Source: Candidatus Hermodarchaeota archaeon (lineage in GTDB: Archaea; Asgardarchaeota; Hermodarchaeia; Hermodarchaeales; Hermodarchaeaceae). Taken from it: a stretch of DNA of 11,673 nt. How positions within the stretch are numbered: the stretch's first letter is position 1; every line of letters starts with the position of its first letter. The notes under the pieces were generated by a model. It worked only from the letters and a program-made list of their open reading frames with translations, did not search any database and was not told the origin of the DNA. Where the stretch lies: contig JAEOUH010000006.1 in NCBI GenBank assembly GCA_016839365.1, positions 1 through 11,673 of the forward strand, read 5' to 3'. Below, piece by piece: positions 1-6,587 of this stretch. The position numbers were made by a program, and so were the translations under genes.

Positions 1-490
1 AGAGTTGGGTGATGTTTGTTCCACTCCGGGCACTAACCGGCATATAGGCACGGATGCCGTTCGTTTGGCAGAAGGTCCTTATTTCGTCTTCAGAGGGGCC
101 ACCTTCCAGATCTGCCTTAGCGCCAACCAGGATGATGGGAATCCCATTGGTACTGTTATGGATGACATCCATCCAAAACTCAAGTTGAAGAAAGGTGGAA
201 AACCGTGTCAGGTCGAAGACAACGATAGCTCCATGAGCACCCAAACAGAATATTGGCATCAATTCGCGGAAGCGTTCTTCTCCACCAAAATCCCAAATTG
301 ATAGTCCTACCCTTTGGCTATTAATTTCAATATCCTGATAAGCAAACTCCGATCCCACTGTCATCACAGGAGTTGAGCTATCTTCGAAAAGGTAGCGCCT
401 GATGATGCTGGTCTTCCCCACTCCTCCTTCGCCAGCAACAATGACTTTGAAAATAGGAGTCCGAGATTTAATTATAGTCGGTTGGACCAC
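1..490 (-). CDS. Rab-like small GTPase (Ras superfamily), 3' end runs off the window
   Basis: Not in the ORF track. Manual translation from GTG at 490 (in-frame TAA shortly upstream): MVQPTIIKSRTPIFKVIVAGEGGVGKTSIIRRYLFEDSSTPVMTVGSEFAYQDIEINSQRVGLSIWDFGGEERFRELMPIFCLGAHGAIVVFDLTRFSTFLQLEFWMDVIHNSTNGIPIILVGAKADLEGGPSEDEIRTFCQTNGIRAYMPVSARSGTNITQL... Motifs: G1 GEGGVGKT, G2 T(VG), G3 DFGG, G4 AKAD, G5 SAR. Confidence 0.93.
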   Translation of the reverse strand, partial: MVQPTIIKSRTPIFKVIVAGEGGVGKTSIIRRYLFEDSSTPVMTVGSEFAYQDIEINSQRVGLSIWDFGGEERFRELMPIFCLGAHGAIVVFDLTRFSTFLQLEFWMDVIHNSTNGIPIILVGAKADLEGGPSEDEIRTFCQTNGIRAYMPVSARSGTNITQL

Positions 491-732
491 GGACTCAGAT
501 CTACCATTGGTTTGCTGATTAGTAGCCAGCGTTTACACCACTTCGGGGGTCAATTGCGGCTTGACCGCTCTACGAGCAGTTGCCACACCTTTCAAGTCAA
601 TTACAGAATACTGGATTTTTATAGTATCGGGATTCTTCGACCTGTCACCACAGTTCTTTGGATTTTTCGCAACTACTTTAGGCACAAAACACAGAGTAAG
701 TGTAAAGTATCTTTTCTGGAAAGTTACTCACG

Positions 733-1887
733 ATGACTGATTCAGTCGCTGTTTTCTATGATGAACGGTTCATGAAATATGATCTTGGACCCCATCACCC
801 ACTTCACCAGAACCGAATCTTGTTACACCATGAGCTGAGCCGAGCACTCGGTGTGTTGTCGAGTAAGGGTGTAAGCATTCCAGAGTTCTCAGCAGCCACT
901 GATGAACAGTTGCGCCTTGTCCATACCCAAGCCTATATCGACCAAGTCCGGGAGTTAAGCCAACACAAAGGATTTTCATCGTTAGATATGGATGATACTA
1001 TGGCATTCCCTGGAGCCTATGACATCGCTAGCTTAATGGTGGGGGCAACGCTAGCTGGTGTGGATGCTGTGATGACAGGAAAAACGCAGCATTCATGGAA
1101 TTCAGCAGGGGGGCTTCATCATGCCCATGCAGACCGGGCGGCTGGATTTTGTATTTTCAATGATGTGGCTATCGCTTGTCATTATTTGAAACAGAAGTAT
1201 AAGCAGAAGCGAATTCTGTACTTGGATATTGATGTCCACCACGGCGATGGGGTTGAGGAACAATTTTACCGCGATCCAGAGGTTCTGACTCTTTCTATCC
1301 ACCAAACAGGTCGCACTTTGTTCCCCGGAACTGGCTACCCCCATGATTTCGGTGATGGCGAGGGACAAGGCTATACTGTGAATCTTCCCTTACCACCATA
1401 TACAGATGACAGTCAATATCTTGATGCCTTCGAAGCCATTGTACCTCCAATCATAGAATCCTTTAAACCGCAGGTCATTGTGATGCAAAATGGGGTTGAC
1501 ACTCATTTCCAAGATCAATTAGGAAGCCTAATCCTAACGACTCAAGCCTTTGCCCGAATTAGCCAGCGAGTCCATGAGCTGGCACACAAACATGCCGGAG
1601 GACGGTTGGTTGCGGTTGGGGGAGGTGGATATTCGTTTTTCTCAGTTCCGCGGTGTTGGACCATTATTCTCGCTCAACTAGCAGGAGTTAACGTGGACAA
1701 TGACCTCCCCAAAGAGTGGCGAGATCTGTTCACAAAGATAACCGGATTGGAAGCCCCCAGATTCTTGCATGATGAAAAGGTTCCCACCCTATCGCAGCTA
1801 GATCACGATCGTGTGAGCAGAATTGTCAACGAGAGTGTATCACGGGTTCAGGATTTAGTATTCCCACTTCTTGGAATAGCGAAATAA
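733..1887 (+). CDS. acuC: Zn-dependent histone deacetylase family protein, class I / acetoin utilization AcuC-like
   Basis: 384 aa with a complete HDAC motif set: HHP, GGLHHA, GFCIFND, DIDVHHGDG, SIHQ, FPGTG, QNGVDTH, GGGGY. Confidence 0.92.
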   Translation: MTDSVAVFYDERFMKYDLGPHHPLHQNRILLHHELSRALGVLSSKGVSIPEFSAATDEQLRLVHTQAYIDQVRELSQHKGFSSLDMDDTMAFPGAYDIASLMVGATLAGVDAVMTGKTQHSWNSAGGLHHAHADRAAGFCIFNDVAIACHYLKQKYKQKRILYLDIDVHHGDGVEEQFYRDPEVLTLSIHQTGRTLFPGTGYPHDFGDGEGQGYTVNLPLPPYTDDSQYLDAFEAIVPPIIESFKPQVIVMQNGVDTHFQDQLGSLILTTQAFARISQRVHELAHKHAGGRLVAVGGGGYSFFSVPRCWTIILAQLAGVNVDNDLPKEWRDLFTKITGLEAPRFLHDEKVPTLSQLDHDRVSRIVNESVSRVQDLVFPLLGIAK

Positions 1888-1901
1888 GTCAGCACAGGGT
1901 A

Positions 1902-2438
1902 CTACAAATATTCCTTCTGAAGTGAGGATATCGCAGCATCTAAAAACTTGCTAACCTCTTGCGATTCCTTCGCTTTTTCTTCAAGTTCCTGAATCAAGTC
2001 AATTGCAGCACGTTTTCGATCCAAAGCATTGGGAACCCCGTTAAGTCGTTGAGCTCTCACCAGAAGCTGGTGGATTTCCGGATAACTGCGTTGAATGATA
2101 CCCTCAATGGTACGTGGCTGACGCATACTTGGAACCACACGAACGACGCGAATTCCTTGTGGCGTGATTTGTACCGACACTCGAACCGTCTTTGCCAATC
2201 GATAATATTTACGCGGAGGTCCACGAATACTTTCATCCTCATAGGTTTCGAGGAACCCCCGTTCAATGAGTTCTTGTAGGTGGCGTAGAATGGCCTGCTG
2301 GTGGGCGGCGAGTTCTCGGCTGAGTTGACCCAGAAACATTGGTTCTTGGGAGATGCGTCGAAGAATTTCGAACCGGGTGGGATTGCCGAGGAGCCAAAAT
2401 AAGTGGATCGATTCATCGTGGGGATTTGGTTGAGGCAT
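1902..2438 (-). CDS. ArsR-type winged-helix transcriptional regulator, Phr/HSR1 (archaeal heat-shock repressor)-like
   Basis: N-terminal LGNPTRFEILRRI...LSREL...QQAILRHLQEL...G...RGPPRKYY pattern resembles Phr/HSR1 (COG1777-type); C-terminal helical/coiled-coil region; divergent from hsp20. Confidence 0.85.
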   Translation of the reverse strand: MPQPNPHDESIHLFWLLGNPTRFEILRRISQEPMFLGQLSRELAAHQQAILRHLQELIERGFLETYEDESIRGPPRKYYRLAKTVRVSVQITPQGIRVVRVVPSMRQPRTIEGIIQRSYPEIHQLLVRAQRLNGVPNALDRKRAAIDLIQELEEKAKESQEVSKFLDAAISSLQKEYL

Positions 2439-2457
2439 AGGTATCGCGTCCGTGAGG

Positions 2458-2490
2458 GTTAGTCACCAGGTGTTAGTGACAGATTGAGAG
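2458..2490. promoter_or_regulatory. Putative autoregulatory operator array upstream of the repressor gene
   Basis: GTTAGTCAC (2458-2466) and GTTAGTGAC (2472-2480) recur at 14-bp spacing, forming GTCAC-N5-GTTAG (2462-2476), close to the Archaeoglobus HSR1 box CTAAC-N5-GTTAG. Confidence 0.6.
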
Positions 2491-2511
2491 TATTTAGTCT
2501 TGTGGTCATGT

Positions 2512-2592
2512 GGAAAGGTTTAAAAAGAAGTATTACTCACAACTTATTAGTCACATAGTGTGAGTAAATAAGTGTGAGTAATTACAAGGAGG
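2512..2592 (+). promoter_or_regulatory. hsp20 promoter: BRE/TATA, overlapping HSR1/Phr-like operators and Shine-Dalgarno
   Basis: Purine-rich GGAAAGG (2512-2518) then TTTAAAAA (2519-2526). Boxes CTCAC-N5-ATTAG (2536-2550), GTCAC-N5-GTGAG (2550-2564) and GTAAA-N5-GTGAG (2564-2578). AGGAGG at 2587-2592 precedes ATG 2602. Confidence 0.7.
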
Positions 2593-2601
2593 TTTACTGA
2601 C

Positions 2602-3261
2602 ATGAGTTTTTTTGATGGTAATGATGATTTCAATGAATTCTTCAAACGCCAAATGCAGGCCTTCCGCCGTATCTTCAACGACCTGCACCAATTCGAGAAT
2701 TCACCCTCCCCACAGGTCGAAGACCATGAGGGAGTTCGAACCACACGATTTGGACCCTTTGTCTATGGGCGAACCACTTACATGGGACCTGACGGGAAGA
2801 TGCACACACAAGAATGGAGCAATCTTCCTCCCGAGGGACAGAAAGAATTCGAAGAACAGCTACGCACACAAGGTCTTCCCTTTCAATTTCCTCCACAACC
2901 TCAAGAACGACGTCCCTCACCAATTCCAGATCCTCTAACTCCAGAGCGCCCCTTTCCAATTCCACAAGCGCAGGTTGAACTCAAGCCAGATGACTATCCC
3001 ATCGATATTCTTGATACTGAAGACGGGTATACCATCATATTCGATACCCCTGCCACGAGTGTCCATGATGTTCGAGTAGACGTAAAAGGGCAACACCTAC
3101 AGTTGTGGGCTCGGGGGGATTTGTTCCGGGAATTAGAACTCCCGATTTCTGTTCAGCTTATCTCGCTCCAATTCCGTAATGGAATCGTGGAAGTGCAGCT
3201 AAGATCCAAGCCAGAGGAAGAGCCCAAAGCCTCCGGGGAATCGACCGAACAAACGGCGTGA
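2602..3261 (+). CDS. hsp20: Archaeal small heat shock protein (Hsp20/alpha-crystallin family)
   Basis: Phe-rich N-terminus; archaeal sHSP motif FGPFVYG...GPDGK; C-terminal alpha-crystallin-like domain (IDILDT...IIFDTP...VRVDV...FRELELP...FRNGIVEV); strong SD. Confidence 0.88.
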   Translation: MSFFDGNDDFNEFFKRQMQAFRRIFNDLHQFENSPSPQVEDHEGVRTTRFGPFVYGRTTYMGPDGKMHTQEWSNLPPEGQKEFEEQLRTQGLPFQFPPQPQERRPSPIPDPLTPERPFPIPQAQVELKPDDYPIDILDTEDGYTIIFDTPATSVHDVRVDVKGQHLQLWARGDLFRELELPISVQLISLQFRNGIVEVQLRSKPEEEPKASGESTEQTA

Positions 3262-3267
3262 GGTCGA

Positions 3268-3293
3268 AAGGACGGGTTGCCAGGCCCGTCCTT
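3268..3293 (+). terminator. GC-rich stem-loop just 3' of hsp20 (terminator or stability element)
   Basis: AAGGACGGG (3268-3276) and CCCGTCCTT (3285-3293) form a perfect 9-bp inverted repeat starting 7 nt after the stop; no clean U-tract follows. Confidence 0.5.
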
Positions 3294-3376
3294 CCCCACT
3301 ATTATTTCTGAACTAACCTAGAATAAGAATGATAGCTTTTCCATCAGTTTTTTAGGGCTAACCTTCTCTGTGCCCT

Positions 3377-3982
3377 ATGAGGTTAATTCCAGTGGCTCAT
3401 GAGGACTACACTGATGAATTGGCGACATTGCGAGCCCAATATGGCACACCCCGACTAGTTAATTTTGAGGTTGAGATGCTACCTAATGAATTTACGCTGG
3501 TTCAACAATCACAGAAACAAGGACGACGACACGATGTCACTATCTTCATTCAGTATCAGGGCAAGTTCGTAGTAATCGAAAAACACGCTTATGCTAAAAC
3601 TGGAATAGTCCGAGCTCCTTCTGGTGGGGCACAACCGTCAGAAAGCCTGATTGCTGCAGCCCAACGGGAAGCTAGTGAGGAAACCGGATTTGATATCAAA
3701 ATTGATCGGTTTGTTTTGGAAGCTCATGTGCTGCTAAAGAGCGGAAACCACCCCGCGGTGCCCTGGGTCTCCTATGTATTCTTAGCCCACGTTGTAGGAG
3801 GGGAACTCGGTGCAAAGGATTTGAAAGAAATTTCAGATGTCCAACTCCGTTCTCGGGAAGAACTGCTCAAAGATGTGCGCCCCCTTATGCTCGCATCTGG
3901 ACTTGGTGGATTCGAGTATAGGGCAAAAATGACTGATGCCTTCTTTGAGGAATTGGATGCCCTGAATATTTCGTTGGAATAA
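3377..3982 (+). CDS. NUDIX hydrolase
   Basis: Nudix box PSGGAQPSESLIAAAQREASEETG in a 201-aa ORF; substrate cannot be determined. Confidence 0.9.
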   Translation: MRLIPVAHEDYTDELATLRAQYGTPRLVNFEVEMLPNEFTLVQQSQKQGRRHDVTIFIQYQGKFVVIEKHAYAKTGIVRAPSGGAQPSESLIAAAQREASEETGFDIKIDRFVLEAHVLLKSGNHPAVPWVSYVFLAHVVGGELGAKDLKEISDVQLRSREELLKDVRPLMLASGLGGFEYRAKMTDAFFEELDALNISLE

Positions 3983-3989
3983 ACCGGGA

Positions 3990-4232
3990 TTAGAGGGGAC
4001 CACCGCAGTGCACACAAAATCGTGCATCTGAGGCTGTTACGCGTCCACAATTGGCACATATTTTTCCAGCTTCAGCCTCCGGTTGACGGGATTTTTCTGT
4101 CTCAGTCCTAGATTCTGACTCTTTAGTTGTCTCCGTTGTCTCGATAACTTCATCATCTGTAGAAGGCGAAAGTTTGGAGTCGGCAACAGTAGTTTCTTTG
4201 ACTTCGAAACGTGTAATTGGGCCATTCCGCAT
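3990..4232 (-). CDS. C-terminal zinc-ribbon fragment, in frame with the upstream 4296..5297 ORF
   Basis: Acidic/Thr-rich linker followed by CANC...CVHC ribbon; same frame as the upstream ORF; no evident SD before ATG 4232. Confidence 0.6.
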   Translation of the reverse strand: MRNGPITRFEVKETTVADSKLSPSTDDEVIETTETTKESESRTETEKSRQPEAEAGKICANCGRVTASDARFCVHCGGPL

Positions 4233-4295
4233 TACTGACTCTTTTTTCAGAATATGCTCGCAGGCAAGAAGAGCATATTGGAGTCGATCTGCTTT

Positions 4296-5297
4296 TTAAG
4301 TAAGGGTAGCCTTCTGTTTCTCACTAACCTCAGTGTCTTCGTCTCCAATGAGAAGTCGGGCGTTTATGGTTTCGAGTTCTTCTTTCACTTCAGCATGATC
4401 AAATTGGATCTGAGCCTGATAGCCTTGGAGTTGGATGGCACCCTTTTTGATTTGATCATCCATGCGATCAAGTTTTTCCTCATATTCTTTGGTCAAACGG
4501 TCATAAACTCGTTCGCTAACTTCACCCTTTTCGTGAAGGGCTTCCAATCTTTCTAACTCACCACGTTCATTGATATAGCTGTCGATGAGTTCTTCCAATT
4601 CAAAATCGCTATCAGCAGCAGCCTGACTTAATTCCTCAAGGAGTTTATCGGATATCGAGCCATTGTTGGCATATTCTTCTTCCAACTTTAGCTGACGGCC
4701 TCGAGCCATCAGGCTTGCCAGCACCTTGGTGGGAACCGTGATTGGTTCAGCGATTGAAACCTTCGCAGTGGCAGAATAGGGTACTTCTTCCGCTGCGTTT
4801 TCTGGAGTCTTTGCTGTTCCAGGGATTTCGCTACCACAATAGACGCAAAACTTGGAACCAGGTTTTGAATCTCGTCCGCATGAAGGACAGGTAGCAGCAG
4901 AAGGCACTTTGCCTGAAACTGGTTTCTGAGTTTCAACTTCCGGAGTTTCCAGAGCTGAAGCGGATAGGGCTTGCCCACAATTAATACAATAATTTGAAGA
5001 TGTGGGATTCTTACTAAACCCACAATGAGGACAGACATTCGATGCTGGAGCCGAAGTTACAGTGGCAGGCGTCGGCTCGATTCGATTGCCACATTTGGTA
5101 CAAAACTTTATACCTTCCTTAAGTGGCGTTCCACAGTTGCTACACTTCAGTAGGTCTGTTTTCACCTGAGGTGTGGGTACCTGAGCGGGTGCGGCTCTAC
5201 CACCCTTTGTGGGGGTGCCACAGATAGTGCAGAATTTGGCAGATTGTTTGAGGGTTGCTCCACAACGGCTGCATTTCTGAGTCATTGTCATCCTCAC
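4296..5297 (-). CDS. Multi-zinc-ribbon protein with CdvA-like coiled-coil region (N-terminal part of an interrupted gene)
   Basis: Four CxxC..CxxC ribbons (CSRC/CTIC, CSNC/CTKC, CPHC/CINC, CPSC/CVYC) with Pro/Ala/Thr linkers, then an acidic coiled coil with LEALHEKGEVSERVYDRLTKEY and ELETINARLLIGD. True start is likely ATG 5285, with GGTGAGG at 5292-5298 as SD. Confidence 0.8.
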   Translation of the reverse strand: MRMTMTQKCSRCGATLKQSAKFCTICGTPTKGGRAAPAQVPTPQVKTDLLKCSNCGTPLKEGIKFCTKCGNRIEPTPATVTSAPASNVCPHCGFSKNPTSSNYCINCGQALSASALETPEVETQKPVSGKVPSAATCPSCGRDSKPGSKFCVYCGSEIPGTAKTPENAAEEVPYSATAKVSIAEPITVPTKVLASLMARGRQLKLEEEYANNGSISDKLLEELSQAAADSDFELEELIDSYINERGELERLEALHEKGEVSERVYDRLTKEYEEKLDRMDDQIKKGAIQLQGYQAQIQFDHAEVKEELETINARLLIGDEDTEVSEKQKATLT

Positions 5298-5383
5298 CTA
5301 GATGTAATGTTGATGAGAGCTAATGAATGCACCCTTATTTTATTTTGCACTAGCCTAGGAAGAATGCTTGTGATGTTGAGTCC

Positions 5384-5423
5384 CAAAGAAAAAGACACTC
5401 AAAAAATATGCTTTCGAGTTTGG
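5384..5423 (-). terminator. Putative T-rich archaeal terminator of the gelsolin gene
   Basis: Minus strand after TAG reads CCAAACTCGAAAGCATATTTTTTGAGTGTCTTTTTCTTTG, with oligo-T tracts and a weak hairpin. Confidence 0.4.
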
Positions 5424-6380
5424 CTATTTCTTTGCCTTACCCTTGACTTTTGATTTCTTCTTTTCAGGAGTAACTTCAGCGGTCTCGGTGGTGATTCGGA
5501 AAATGTCAATAAGTTCGCTGACATCAGCGTCCGCGATGGAATCTCGCAGACCATGGGAGTCTTCTTCGCATTTCTTAAGGAACTCTGTGGCGAGCACTCG
5601 ACCATCTTCAACCAAAATGCGGGGTGTATAGTTGCCTCCAAAGAAAGGGCCATCAGGAAGGGTGCGGGTTCTTTCAAGTTGGGAAGTTGTCTCGGTCTTT
5701 CCTAGGAATGTGACTGTACGATCAACACTAGTGAATACCTCTTGCCCAATGATTACCAATTCTCGACTATACCCTGAGGGAGGTGAAGTATTTGCGACAC
5801 GTCCCACAATATCATCTTGTGCAGGAACATGAAACCTGCTTGTAATAATCGTACGTTCTGGCCACTGTTGCTCTGCGCCATTATATTCGGTGCCTAATTG
5901 AGTTGATGCCACAGGTGCAGGTTTAAGTTCTGGAGCTTTTGAGGGCGTAGGTTCCACTGGTTGAGGCTTCGGCGTGGCAGCAACCGGTTTGGGTGGAGGC
6001 TCATCAGGTTGAATTTCAATCGTTTTATCGGGAAAATCAACCTTGACTTCAACTTCTTTTTTAGGTGCAGCAGTCTTCGATTTGACACCCAGAAGGGAGA
6101 GAAAAGCATCTGGTTCTTCGCCACCATCGACTGATAAGACTTTATATACTAATCCCCGTTGGCTGCGAACTGCTTGCCCTTGCCGGGCTGCAATGAATTT
6201 CTTGCGAACTCCAGCTTCAGCGCCTTTCCAGAGCCAGATTTTGCGGTCGTCGTTATCAACTATGATTAATACTCGGTCAGCGTTTAATTCTGATTGAAGC
6301 TTACCGGGAACAGATAGCTCCATGAGTTCCCCGGTTTCAACGACATCGTATACTTGTAGGTGGGCGGACAGTACCCTCAC
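5424..6380 (-). CDS. Gelsolin-domain protein with Pro-rich linker and C-terminal extension (Asgard 1DGelX-like)
   Basis: First ~98 aa match a gelsolin repeat (LNADRVLIIVD...IWLWKG...KKFIAARQG...VDGGEEPDAFLSLL). Then a Pro/Lys-rich linker, a globular domain (PPSGYSRELVIIG...FLG...LPDGPFF...YTPRILVEDGRVLATEFLK) and a Lys-rich tail. Exact start uncertain because GTG 6380 lies within a GGTGAGG SD-like motif. Confidence 0.82.
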   Translation of the reverse strand: MRVLSAHLQVYDVVETGELMELSVPGKLQSELNADRVLIIVDNDDRKIWLWKGAEAGVRKKFIAARQGQAVRSQRGLVYKVLSVDGGEEPDAFLSLLGVKSKTAAPKKEVEVKVDFPDKTIEIQPDEPPPKPVAATPKPQPVEPTPSKAPELKPAPVASTQLGTEYNGAEQQWPERTIITSRFHVPAQDDIVGRVANTSPPSGYSRELVIIGQEVFTSVDRTVTFLGKTETTSQLERTRTLPDGPFFGGNYTPRILVEDGRVLATEFLKKCEEDSHGLRDSIADADVSELIDIFRITTETAEVTPEKKKSKVKGKAKK

Positions 6381-6587
6381 CTTCTAACCCTCATCATTAC
6401 CTCAATAACTTTTAAAGATGGTGTCCCTTCAAAACTTGCTAAAATCACATTTGCGGATAATTTAGGTTGTTAATTTACTTGTTGGCTTCAATTGCTTCCT
6501 GTTTTGAATGAATACGGGGTTAAATCGCTAAAAGGCTAGGTTTTTGTATTGTTAGATAGCAGACCGTCCATGGGAGGACCCTAAACA

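Larger units (their letters stand above)
3990..5297 (-). pseudogene. Single 436-codon reading frame interrupted by one in-frame TAA at 4296-4298 (nonsense allele, sequence error or readthrough)
   Basis: Reads ...KQKATLT-TAA-KADRLQYALLACEHILKKESV-MRNGP...; 21 open codons link the two ORFs in the same frame. Confidence 0.65.

Noticed and set aside
5-301. 98-aa + strand ORF
   Set aside because: Antisense shadow of the GTPase gene on the - strand.
482-736. 84-aa + strand ORF spanning the intergenic region
   Set aside because: TTG start, no motifs, overlaps both flanking start codons and covers the probable divergent promoters.
2533-2581. Short repeats resembling a mini-CRISPR or iteron array
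   Set aside because: Period is only 14 bp with no spacers and no cas or rep genes; better explained as operators.
4296-4298. Genome-wide TAA reassignment or Sec/Pyl insertion
   Set aside because: TAA terminates several intact genes here (1887, 3982, 8618, 9086), and Sec/Pyl use UGA/UAG.
5424-5530. Possible WH2 actin-binding motif in the gelsolin tail
   Set aside because: An amphipathic helix is present, but there is no LKKT/V-like motif at the right spacing.
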